Assembly (NCBI GenBank): GCA_033762915.1 | Contig: JANRLD010000079.1 | Coordinates: 1-16,836, forward strand | From: Meiothermus sp. | GTDB lineage: Bacteria > Deinococcota > Deinococci > Deinococcales > Thermaceae | DNA length: 16,836 bases | Reading direction: 5' to 3' | Shown: positions 8,601 to 16,205 of the stretch, one piece after another | Position numbering within the stretch: the stretch's first letter is position 1 | Layout of the letters: each line of letters starts with the position of its first letter | Translations under genes and position numbers: made by a program | Notes under the pieces: generated by a model | Told to the model about the DNA's origin: nothing | Database searches by the model: none | Seen by the model: the letters and a program-made list of their open reading frames with translations, nothing else

Positions 8601-8637
8601 GCCCTGCGGCTATGGCGTAAGCCATTCCCCCCCAGGG

Positions 8638-8672
8638 TGACGTTTGTCATCCGGTGGGCCTGACAAGCGGCA
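8638..8672 (+). promoter_or_regulatory. Paired TGAC-N4-TGTCA-like sites, putative DesR/YvfU-type response-regulator boxes
   Basis: TGACGTTTGTCA (8638-8649) and TGACAAGCGGCA (8661-8672), 23 bp apart, upstream of the decayed ABC/regulator operon. Candidate -10 CACAAT at 8697-8702. Confidence 0.5.
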
Positions 8673-8821
8673 GTACCGCCTGCCTCCTCCCTTAGGCACA
8701 ATCGTGCTAAGAGCGGTTCCCCCGCATACTCCCTACGGCGCTAAAGCGGGCGGTTTTTGCTGGAGGGAGTACATTACCTGCCGCAAGGGAGGTAAGGGTG
8801 GGAAGCGATAAGGAGGAAGAC

Positions 8822-9004
8822 GTGACCCAATCCATTCCGGCCCTGTACGCGGGGGTGTCGCAGCAGACCCAGGTTGCGGTGCTCGAGAACGCCTCCAAGC
8901 GTTTCGGCAAGACCCAGGCCCTGGACGGGGTGAGCCTCGAGGTGCGCCCCGGCGAGCTGCTGGCCCTCCTGGGCCCCAACGGGGCGGGCAAAAGCATCGT
9001 ATGA
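8822..9004 (+). pseudogene. ABC transporter ATP-binding protein, truncated just after Walker A
   Basis: RBS AGGAGG then GTG at 8822. Reads ...[35 protein letters not shown], with no signature motif or Walker B. Confidence 0.85.
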
Positions 9005-9601
9005 TCCGTGTCCTCATTGCGAAGACCAAGTGCTGATTTTGGGGGCGCTGGCGGCCCTGCTGGAACTCGAGGGCGACATCCAGGTGGTCGCAAGAGCCTC
9101 GAACGGCACAGAGGCCCTCGAGCTGATCCGGCAGCACCAGCCCGACCTCGTGCTCACCGATATCGAGATGCCGCAGATGACCGGGCTCGAGCTGGCGGCG
9201 AAGATTCAGAAGCTCAGGCTGAGGCCTCGAGTGATCATCGTCACCACCTTTGGGCGCGTCGGGTACTTGCGGCGGGCCCTGGACGCGGGCGCGTCGGGTT
9301 ACCTGCTCAAGGACGCGCCCAGCTCCGAACTGGCCGACGCGGTGCGCCGCGTCCACTTGGGGGGCGGGCCATAGACCCCAAGCTCGCCGCCGAGGCTTGG
9401 GGCTAGCCCGACCCCCTCACCGATCGCGAGCGCCGGGTGCTCCGGCTCGCGGGCGACGGGCGCAGCAGCGCCGAGATCGCCGCCGGGCTGGGTTTGTCGG
9501 AAGGCACGGTGCGGAATTATTTGTCCGAGGCCATCAGCAAGCTGGGCACGTCGAACCGCGTGGAGGCGGCGCGGATCGCTAGGGAGAAGGGCTGGCTGTA
9601 A
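9001..9601 (+). pseudogene. NarL/DesR-family response regulator pseudogene (two frameshifts, one nonsense codon)
   Basis: Reconstructs to MIRVLIA(E)DQVLILGALAALLELEGD...DIEMPQMTG...GYLLKDAP...HLG(G)RAIDPKLAAEAWG*PDPLTDRERRVL...LSEGTVRNYLS...EKGWL*. One base is missing near 9021, one G is missing in the G6 run at 9359-9364, and there is an in-frame TAG at 9404-9406. Confidence 0.9.
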
Positions 9602-10135
9602 TTATTCCGGGTCTATCTCCAGCGCCACCAGAAACCTCGAGACCATGTTGTAGGTGGCGATCACCCCCGCCAGCTCGACCACCTGACGATGGTCGGGCAG
9701 GGCGGCCTGTGCGGCGGCGAAGGTCTCGTCACTCACCCGCACCGAGCGGGTCATCTCGAGGGTCAGCCGTATCGCTGCAAGTTCTTGCGTGTCGAAGAGT
9801 TCGGCGTTCTGCGCGGCCTGCTCGAGGTCGCCCAGGGCCTCGAGCTGGGCCTCGGTCCCGCCCGCCTGGAGGAACAGCGGCGCGTGGTGCAGGTACTCGT
9901 ACTCGGCCCCGTTCAGCACCGCCACCCCGCACATCGCCAGCTCGCGCAGCTTGGGCGAGAGGGCTAGCTCGCTCCGCACCGCGCCCATGAAGGCGTTCCA
10001 CCCGGCGGCGTAGGGGGGGCTGTACAGCAGCATCCGGTCGAGGTTGATAAGCTTTCCGCCGCGGCGCCGGCGGATGGACTCGAGCAGGGGGGCGGGCTCG
10101 GTGGAGTCGTGGGGCTGGTAGGGGAGGCGGGCCAT
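9602..10135 (-). CDS. Carboxymuconolactone decarboxylase/AhpD-like family protein
   Basis: MARLPY...RRGGKLINLDRMLLYSP...LSPKLRELA..VAVLNGAEYEYLHH...ELAGVIATYNMVSRFL. TATGCT 6 nt before the ATG at 10135. Confidence 0.88.
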   Translation of the reverse strand: MARLPYQPHDSTEPAPLLESIRRRRGGKLINLDRMLLYSPPYAAGWNAFMGAVRSELALSPKLRELAMCGVAVLNGAEYEYLHHAPLFLQAGGTEAQLEALGDLEQAAQNAELFDTQELAAIRLTLEMTRSVRVSDETFAAAQAALPDHRQVVELAGVIATYNMVSRFLVALEIDPE

Positions 10136-10152
10136 TGGCCCAGCATAGCCCC

Positions 10153-10587
10153 TCAGGGCAGCCGTTCGAAACTCGAGACCACGTAGGTGACCTCGTCGTC
10201 CACCGCTCCCGCGACGGGGTCGAGGAGGACGCGGGCGGGGTAGCTGAGCGCGGCGTCGTAGGTGACCTCGAGCCGGACCCCCGGCTTGCCGGCGTTGGCC
10301 TGGATGATGGCGAAGAGCTTGTCTATGGTGTTCTCGTTGTCCCAGTAGGCGCGGCCGGGCGGGGCGCCGCTGTCGGCATACACCAGCGAGACCGGCTGCC
10401 CGCCGCGCACCTCGACGCGCACTGGGTCGACCCGCTCCTTGGGGCAGAAGCAGCGGGCCTCGAGGGTGAAGCGGTAGTCGTTGATCTGCTGATTTTCCCA
10501 GCGCTGCTGGAAGGCCAGGTTGGGGTTGGGACTGCCGCAACCCAGCAGCCCGGCGGTTAGGGCCAAGCCCAGGATCGCCTTGCGCAT
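10153..10587 (-). CDS. Lipoprotein (DUF6174-like)
   Basis: Signal peptide MRKAILGLALTAGLLG-C with lipobox. W..Q.I.DYRFT..CFC, TIDKLF and VTYD..YP..D..DDE motifs. GATAAT 6 nt before ATG. Confidence 0.75.
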   Translation of the reverse strand: MRKAILGLALTAGLLGCGSPNPNLAFQQRWENQQINDYRFTLEARCFCPKERVDPVRVEVRGGQPVSLVYADSGAPPGRAYWDNENTIDKLFAIIQANAGKPGVRLEVTYDAALSYPARVLLDPVAGAVDDEVTYVVSSFERLP

Positions 10588-10686
10588 GAGCCCATTATCC
10601 CAGAACACGGCCTACCGCGGCTCGGCCCCGGGCCCTGCTCAGCCTACGGACAGTTGCCTGACGACCGCGGGCGTATGATGCGTCAT

Positions 10687-11904
10687 GTGCTTGCGCTGAA
10701 CCTGCTCCGTGACCCCAAGTACCGGAACTACTGGCTGGCCCTGTTCGTCTCGCAACTGGGGACGTGGATGCAGGCGGCCACCCAGGGGTGGCTGGTGCTC
10801 GAGCTGACTGGCAGCGCGGAGCGGCTGGGGCTGGTGGTGGCGCTGCAATTCCTGCCCTCGCTGTTCTTCTCAATCCCCGCCGGAGTGATCTCCGACCGCT
10901 ACCCCCGGCGCAACCTGCTCCTGATCACCCAGACCGGGCTGGCCCTCTCGGCCTTCGCGATGTTCGGCCTGATCGTCACCGGCCTGATCCGCTACGAGCA
11001 TGTGCTGGTCTTTGCCATGCTGTACGGCTTCTTTACCGCCATGGACCTGCCGGTGCGCCAGGCCTTCACCGTCGAGATGGCGGGCCGCGAGCGTTACCCG
11101 GGGGCCATCGCGCTCAACTCCTTTGGCTTCAACACCTCGAGGCTGATCGGCCCCGCCATTGCGGGTCTGTTAATCGCGGCGGTGGGGCTGAGCTGGAGCT
11201 ACCTGATCAACGCCCTTTCCTTCCTGCCGATGCTGCTGGTGCTGGTGTGGACGGCCGCCGCCAAGGTGCAGGCCAAGACCAGCAGCGGGGTGCAAGATGC
11301 CCTCGAGGGCATCCGCTACGTCCGGGGCCAGCCGCTGATCCGCCAGGTGGTGCTGCTGGTGGGTCTGACCAGCATGTTCGGGATGAACTTCCAGACCATC
11401 GTCCCGGCCTACGCCCGGCTCGAGCTGAACCTCGACGCCCAGGGCTTCGGGATCTTGATGTCGGCGGTGGGGGCGGGCTCGATCGTGGCCTCGGTGATCC
11501 AGGCCATTGCCGCCAAGGCGCGGCCCATTCGGGCCGTTTGGGGCAACTTGATCCTGGGGCTTTCGCTGGTGGTGCTGATCTTCCCGCTGCCGCTGGTCTG
11601 GACGGCGGTGGTGCTGGGGGTGGCGGGCCTGGGAATGATCACCACCATGGTCAACTCCAACACCACCGTGCAGCTGCTGGCCCCCGACCACCTGCGCGGA
11701 CGCATCATGTCGGTCTACTCGATGGTGCTGCTGGGGGTGGGGCCGGTGGGGGCCTACTTGGCGGGCTTTCTGCTGCAACACCTGGGTGGCCACTACGGCG
11801 CGGCGGTGCTGGGGGTGCTCACCATGGCCTCGGGCTTGGTGATGCTGCGCCGCCCCTGGCCCAAAACCCTCAAGGTGCCTGCGTCGGCGGCAGCCGACGA
11901 CTAA
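10687..11904 (+). CDS. MFS transporter (MFS_3/DHA3-like)
   Basis: YRNYWLALFVSQLGTWMQ, GVISDRYPRRNLL, DLPVRQAF, AIALNS..FN.SRLIGPAIAG and PDHLRGRIMS, with about 12 TM segments. Start is either GTG 10687 (TATGAT 7 nt upstream) or ATG 10675. Confidence 0.92.
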   Translation: MLALNLLRDPKYRNYWLALFVSQLGTWMQAATQGWLVLELTGSAERLGLVVALQFLPSLFFSIPAGVISDRYPRRNLLLITQTGLALSAFAMFGLIVTGLIRYEHVLVFAMLYGFFTAMDLPVRQAFTVEMAGRERYPGAIALNSFGFNTSRLIGPAIAGLLIAAVGLSWSYLINALSFLPMLLVLVWTAAAKVQAKTSSGVQDALEGIRYVRGQPLIRQVVLLVGLTSMFGMNFQTIVPAYARLELNLDAQGFGILMSAVGAGSIVASVIQAIAAKARPIRAVWGNLILGLSLVVLIFPLPLVWTAVVLGVAGLGMITTMVNSNTTVQLLAPDHLRGRIMSVYSMVLLGVGPVGAYLAGFLLQHLGGHYGAAVLGVLTMASGLVMLRRPWPKTLKVPASAAADD

Positions 11905-11925
11905 TCGTCTGCAAAGTTGGAATGC

Positions 11926-12014
11926 GAAATATCGCTCGCCAGCTCCCGCAGAGAATTGCCCCAGGAACGCACCTGTCGCCCCCGCTGATAGCGTGGATTC
12001 ACCCTGGCGCAACT
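11926..12014 (+). repeat. Dispersed intergenic repeat, copy B
   Basis: CGCCAGCTCCCGCAGAGAATTGC is near-identical to copy C. TTCACCCTGGCGCAACT (11998-12014) is the exact reverse complement of 15122-15138. Confidence 0.8.
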
Positions 12015-13171
12015 TAGAAGGCCCGGAAGCGCTTGCCGGTGCGGAGCTCCTCGAGCCGGTACAGCGTCCCCCGCCAGACCAGCCCGCCCTGTCGCTGTGC
12101 CACCGCCGCGGCCCGCACTGCCGAGAAGGCCAGGATCAGCGAGCCCACCGGCCACAGCAGCGCGGGGAGTAGGGCTTGCTGGTTGAATCGGCTAGCCGCT
12201 ACGGCGGTGTAGAAGCTGAGCAGGAGCAGCACAACCCCCACCCAAAAGCTCAGCCCGAGGGCCACAAAGGGGGCCAGCTCGAGCAGCCCGAACACCGCCG
12301 CGAAGGCGTAGATGGCGGGCGGGCTGTAGTTGCCCACGCTGGCCAGCCAGACCTTCTCGGTGCCGCGCAGCATCTGGCCGAAGGTTTCGTACCACAGCAC
12401 CCCCACCGCGCCGCGCCCGTGGACCAGCGACTGCCGCGCCCCGCTCCGCTTGAGCATCAGCCCCAGCCCCACGTCGTCGCCCACCTCGAGCCGCAGCCAC
12501 TCGAAGCCCGGCGTCCGCTCGAGGGCTGCGCGGCTGACCAGGTTAAAGGCCCCCATCCCTGCTGAGGTCTTGCTCTTGGGGTCTTCGACCGCCCAGTAGG
12601 GCATCGAGACCACCGGGACGCGGGAGAACAGTGCCACCGCCACGTCGAGCCAGAAGGCGCGGGGCCGCAGGTGCGGGATCACCGCGAGGTGCTCGAGGCC
12701 GCGCCCAAGCGCGTAGGCCACCGCCCGGCGCAGAGTGCCCGGCGCGAACTCCACGTCGGCGTCGCTGAACAGCAGCCACTCGCCGGTGGCGGCCTGCACC
12801 CCCTGATGATGGGCGTGTACCTTGCCCAGCCAGCCGGGGGGCAGTTCGTCGATGTGCAGTACCCGGATGCGCGGGTCGCCCTGCGCCATCCGCTCCATCA
12901 CTGCGCCGGTGGTGTCGGTGGAGCGGTCGTTGATGAGGATGACCTCGAGGTCGGGGTAGTCCTGGGCCAGCTTGCTGGTGAGGGCTCTTTCAATGGTGTC
13001 GGCCTCGTTGCAGGCCGGGACGATCAGCGAGAGGCGGGGATAAGCCGGGGGCTCCGGCGGGCGGAGGTCGCGCAGCGCAGGCATCAGGCGGGCGTTGAGG
13101 GTCACCGACACCGCGTAGGTGAGCCAGTAGAGCAGGGCCACTCCCAGGAACAGCCAGACGAGGAGGGTCAT
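12014..13171 (-). CDS. Family 2 glycosyltransferase, membrane-bound (HpnB/CruC-like)
   Basis: N-terminal TM, SLIVPACNE, INDRSTD.T, LPPGWLGK, LLFSDADV (DxD), GDDVGLG and C-terminal TMs ending LVWRG. TAAGCT 7 nt before ATG. Confidence 0.9.
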   Translation of the reverse strand: MTLLVWLFLGVALLYWLTYAVSVTLNARLMPALRDLRPPEPPAYPRLSLIVPACNEADTIERALTSKLAQDYPDLEVILINDRSTDTTGAVMERMAQGDPRIRVLHIDELPPGWLGKVHAHHQGVQAATGEWLLFSDADVEFAPGTLRRAVAYALGRGLEHLAVIPHLRPRAFWLDVAVALFSRVPVVSMPYWAVEDPKSKTSAGMGAFNLVSRAALERTPGFEWLRLEVGDDVGLGLMLKRSGARQSLVHGRGAVGVLWYETFGQMLRGTEKVWLASVGNYSPPAIYAFAAVFGLLELAPFVALGLSFWVGVVLLLLSFYTAVAASRFNQQALLPALLWPVGSLILAFSAVRAAAVAQRQGGLVWRGTLYRLEELRTGKRFRAF

Positions 13172-13251
13172 GGAGAATAGCTTAACTGCGAACGCGGGAG
13201 CGGCGGGGGTCTCGAGAAGGCGCTGTGTACATCGGCAGGGTCTCTATAGTT

Positions 13252-13306
13252 GAAAATGCCGCCCGCCAGCTCCCGCAGGGAATTGCGCCGGTTCCGCACT
13301 CCCACC
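13252..13306 (+). repeat. Dispersed intergenic repeat, copy C (internally deleted)
   Basis: 13256-13289 matches the reverse complement of 15168-15201 at 32 of 34 positions. Confidence 0.85.
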
Positions 13307-13326
13307 TCGCCCGCCGCCAGCTGCGG

Positions 13327-14997
13327 TCAGTCCACCACCTTGAACCCCAGCGCCTCGGCCCGCTCGACGAAGAACTGGATATTCTCGGTTTTGGTCTCGC
13401 CGCCCAGGCTCTTGCGCTCGTAGGCGGCTTCCGCCGCGAGGATCATGGTCTCGGCCAGGCAGGCCGGCACCGCGCCGTCGCCGAACTTGAGGTTGATGTT
13501 GCCCCGCATCGCGCCGGGCGGCCGCACCACCCCGCCGGGGATCACCCTTACCTTGTCCACGGCCCGCACCGACTCGTGAACGTCGGGGGGCACGCCTTCG
13601 TCGTAGATCCAGGCTCCTGGCTTGACGTGCTGGGGGAAGATCACCGGGTTGGGGTCGGAGGTCGCGCTGAAGACCAGATCGGCCTCGCGGATGGCGGCGA
13701 TCTCGAGCGTCACTACCATCTCGGGCACGGGCTGGGACTTGCGCTCGAGGTTCTGCTTCAAGGTAGCGGCGCTCTTCTCGAGGCGCTCGAGGTTCCGCCC
13801 CACCAGGATCAGCTTGCGAACCAGCGGCGCGACCTGCCTTGCGATCCCGAAGGCCACCACTCCGTTGGCCCCCACCACCGCCGCCGTGGCCCCGTCCAGC
13901 CGCCGCCCCGACTGCCCAAAATGGGCCAGAATCCCCGGAATCGCGGCCTTGATGGTCCCCGAGGTGTAGGCCCCGCCGTTGGTCACCTCGATATCCGGCA
14001 CGGCCTCCTGTACCGCCTTGCCCTTCTCGCCCACCACGCTCCAGAAGGCCCCCAGCCCGAAGACCGTGCAGCCCAGCTCGTGGGCCAGCCTAGCCCCCTG
14101 GATGGCCCGCCGCACCGCCAGTTCGGGCTTCTCGGCGAACTGGTGGGGCAGCAGCGGGGCCGAGATCAGGTGGCAGCGGATCTCCCGGCCGTCGGCGGTC
14201 TGGATGCCGCGCAGCTCGCCGACCTTCATCGGGCGCACCGACTCGCAGAGGTTCTCGAGGAAGGCTCGCGTAATCCGCCCCTGCTGCAACAGCGGTTTGG
14301 CCCAGAAGAAGCGGCGGCTCTCGAAGATATCCTCGAGGGCCAGCGGGTGGATCATGAAGGCGCAGACCACCTGCCGGTCGGAGGGCAGCGGCAGCGGCTC
14401 GCCCAGCCGGGGCTCGGTACCCTCGATGATGCGCCCGATGTTTTCCTTGTAGCGCCAGACTGCCAGCGCGAACAGCCCCCACACCGCCAGCTTGGAGAGC
14501 CCCGAGACCGGCTCGAAGGTCAGCAGCACCGCCAGCGAGAAGGGCAGGCTCAGGGCGGCCAGCGAGGCGTAGCGGGTGAAGGCGAAGACTGCCGCCGCAA
14601 TGCCCAGCACGACGATCGACTGGAGGTAGGCCTGGCCTGCGAAGTTCAGCCCGATGGCGATGCCCAGCAAGATGCCCGCCCCGCGCCCCCGCAAGAGCCC
14701 CCCGTCGTAGAAGAAGCGGGGCGGATAGAGGTGCCCCAGGTAGACCGCCAGCCCGAACACCAGGGCCCAGGAGAGGTTGAACTGCCCGCCCACCAGCACC
14801 GCCCCGAAGCCCTTCAGGAAGTCCAGACCGAAGGCTGCCAGCACCGCCCCCGGCCCCAGCAGCTTGAAGGCGTTCTCGAGACCCAGGTTGTACGCCGAGG
14901 CCAGGCGCGGGTCGCGCCCGGAGAGCCGCCGGGCCAGCCAGTACCCCAGCGGCAGCGATCCCAGGCCGTAGGCGAGGAGGGCGAGGAGGTAGGCCAT
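13327..14997 (-). CDS. plsY: PlsY-like acyltransferase fused to a C-terminal acyl-ACP-reductase-like NAD(P)-binding domain
   Basis: N-terminal ~190 aa: AYGLGSLPLG, NLGLEN, DFLKG, LGHLYP, RGRGAG, YKENIGRIIEGTE. C-terminal: AFMIHP, GLGAFWSVV, TNGGAYT, AAVVGANGVVA, IYDEGVP, PGGVV, VPACLAETMILA. Confidence 0.85.
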   Translation of the reverse strand: MAYLLALLAYGLGSLPLGYWLARRLSGRDPRLASAYNLGLENAFKLLGPGAVLAAFGLDFLKGFGAVLVGGQFNLSWALVFGLAVYLGHLYPPRFFYDGGLLRGRGAGILLGIAIGLNFAGQAYLQSIVVLGIAAAVFAFTRYASLAALSLPFSLAVLLTFEPVSGLSKLAVWGLFALAVWRYKENIGRIIEGTEPRLGEPLPLPSDRQVVCAFMIHPLALEDIFESRRFFWAKPLLQQGRITRAFLENLCESVRPMKVGELRGIQTADGREIRCHLISAPLLPHQFAEKPELAVRRAIQGARLAHELGCTVFGLGAFWSVVGEKGKAVQEAVPDIEVTNGGAYTSGTIKAAIPGILAHFGQSGRRLDGATAAVVGANGVVAFGIARQVAPLVRKLILVGRNLERLEKSAATLKQNLERKSQPVPEMVVTLEIAAIREADLVFSATSDPNPVIFPQHVKPGAWIYDEGVPPDVHESVRAVDKVRVIPGGVVRPPGAMRGNINLKFGDGAVPACLAETMILAAEAAYERKSLGGETKTENIQFFVERAEALGFKVVD

Positions 14998-15044
14998 GCG
15001 GGTATTAGTTTATACGGCGGGAGGCCAGGGAGGGGGGGGAAGAG

Positions 15045-15090
15045 AAAACAGGAGGGAGGACGGGGAAACCACCCCGCGTCCTCCCTCTTT
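15045..15090. terminator. Strong hairpin, likely terminator downstream of terC (minus strand)
   Basis: GAGGGAGGACG (15052-15062) pairs with CGTCCTCCCTC (15077-15087). AAAA on the left and TTT on the right. Confidence 0.6.
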
Positions 15091-15108
15091 CCTCGCCGTT
15101 TGAGCTTG

Positions 15109-15206
15109 GCTGCCCGCCCCGAGTTGCGCCAGGGTGAAAGTGCCGAACCGGCGGAGTGGCTACCCGAGGCGCAAGTCCCTGCGGGAGTTGGCGGGCGGCA
15201 TGTTTC
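15109..15206 (-). repeat. Dispersed intergenic repeat, copy D (most complete, highly self-complementary)
   Basis: Outer stem GCTGCCCGCC/GGCGGGCGGC and inner stem TTGCGCC/GGCGCAA. Shares blocks with copies A, B and C. Confidence 0.85.
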
Positions 15207-15217
15207 GACTATGACTT

Positions 15218-15952
15218 TTAATCCGTCCCCACCGTCACTGTGGGCTTCTTGCTCATGGCCCAGATGGTACCCAGTATCAGCACCAGCAAGATGAACATCG
15301 AGAACTGCACCTTATCGATGTTGGTGGCGAGCTCGGGGCGGCTGATGACCTCCTTGGCAAACTTGTCCCAGCCGCCGATGGCCAGCTTGACGCCGGCGAA
15401 GCCCACGATCACAAAGGCCACGGTCTCGAAGCGGGGGTACTTCTCGAGCAGCCCCACGAACAGCACCGCCACGAAGCGCAAGGCCAGAATGCCGATAAAC
15501 ACACCCGTGATGATGATCCAGATGTTGTCGGAAAGCGCCACCGCCACCAGCACCGAATCCACCGCGAAGGCCAGGTCAGCCAGCTCGATCTGGGCCACGA
15601 TGGTCCAGAACTGGCGCGGGGTGACGGTCTTGAGCACCCCCGCCGCGTCCAGGTTGGGGTCGGGGGCGTGGGCCTTCTTGGGCTTGGTGAAGTGGGCGAT
15701 GGCGATGTAGAGCAGGTACACCGCCCCCAGCGCCTGTATCCACCAGAACTGGATCAGGTAGACCGCGAAGATCAAAGCCAGACCGCGCAGCACGTAGGCC
15801 CCCGCGATGCCGTAGAAGAGGGCACGCTGGCGCCAGGGCTGGGGGAGCTGTTTGACCATCACTCCCAGCACCATCGCGTTATCCGCTGATAGCACGGCCT
15901 CAAGGACGATCAGGATGCCGATGACGATGAGTGCTTGTCCGAGTTGTTCCAT
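15218..15952 (-). CDS. TerC-family membrane protein (YkoY/MeeY/Alx-like, probable Mn-related)
   Basis: LEAVLSADNAMVL, RALFYGIAGAYVLRG, IELADLAFAVDSVLVAVAL, GILALRF and YPRFE. ATG 15952 follows GGGGTG; GTG 15958 is an alternative start. Confidence 0.93.
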   Translation of the reverse strand: MEQLGQALIVIGILIVLEAVLSADNAMVLGVMVKQLPQPWRQRALFYGIAGAYVLRGLALIFAVYLIQFWWIQALGAVYLLYIAIAHFTKPKKAHAPDPNLDAAGVLKTVTPRQFWTIVAQIELADLAFAVDSVLVAVALSDNIWIIITGVFIGILALRFVAVLFVGLLEKYPRFETVAFVIVGFAGVKLAIGGWDKFAKEVISRPELATNIDKVQFSMFILLVLILGTIWAMSKKPTVTVGTD

Positions 15953-16012
15953 TTTCACCCCGTGGGAGGCCGTGGCGGCGTGCGCTGCCGGAGCCAGAAT
16001 GGCGCGGTGGCG

Positions 16013-16050
16013 AAATAAAAAACCACCACGACCCTTCGTGTCGTGATGGT
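16013..16050 (-). terminator. Riboswitch expression-platform terminator
   Basis: Minus strand ACCATCACGAC-ACGAAGG-GTCGTGGTGGT then TTTTTATTT. Its 5' arm overlaps the 3' strand of aptamer P1. Confidence 0.85.
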
Positions 16051-16163
16051 CTGGCCTGGAATCGAATCCTGATCAACCGAGAGGCACTGTGGCTGCTCTG
16101 TACTGACGATTGATCACACTTGCGCGGCGCAGAGCGCTTGCACAAACGGCTACTCCCCAACCT
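16046..16163 (-). ncRNA. yybP-ykoY manganese riboswitch
   Basis: Minus strand GGTTGGGGAGTAGC...TCGTCAGTAC...GGCCAGACC matches the conserved L1/L3/P1 elements, directly upstream of a TerC gene. Candidate -10 TAACCT at 16173-16168. Confidence 0.9.
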
Positions 16164-16205
16164 TAGCAGGTTACCACAGCGCGTTCTGGTACTCCGTGCA
16201 AAAAC

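Noticed and set aside
9001..9406. Programmed frameshift or phase variation in the response regulator G6 run
   Set aside because: Two other independent lesions and loss of the partner kinase indicate plain decay.
10136..10540. N-terminal extension of the CMD ORF
   Set aside because: Overlaps the lipoprotein gene in another frame. The family pattern starts at MARLPY (10135).
10764..12017. 417-aa alternative-frame ORF and 11170..12012 (-)
   Set aside because: Off-frame and antisense shadows of the MFS gene.
13225..15294. 689-aa plus-strand ORF
   Set aside because: Antisense shadow of the PlsY fusion. It runs through a terminator and repeats and has no recognisable domain.
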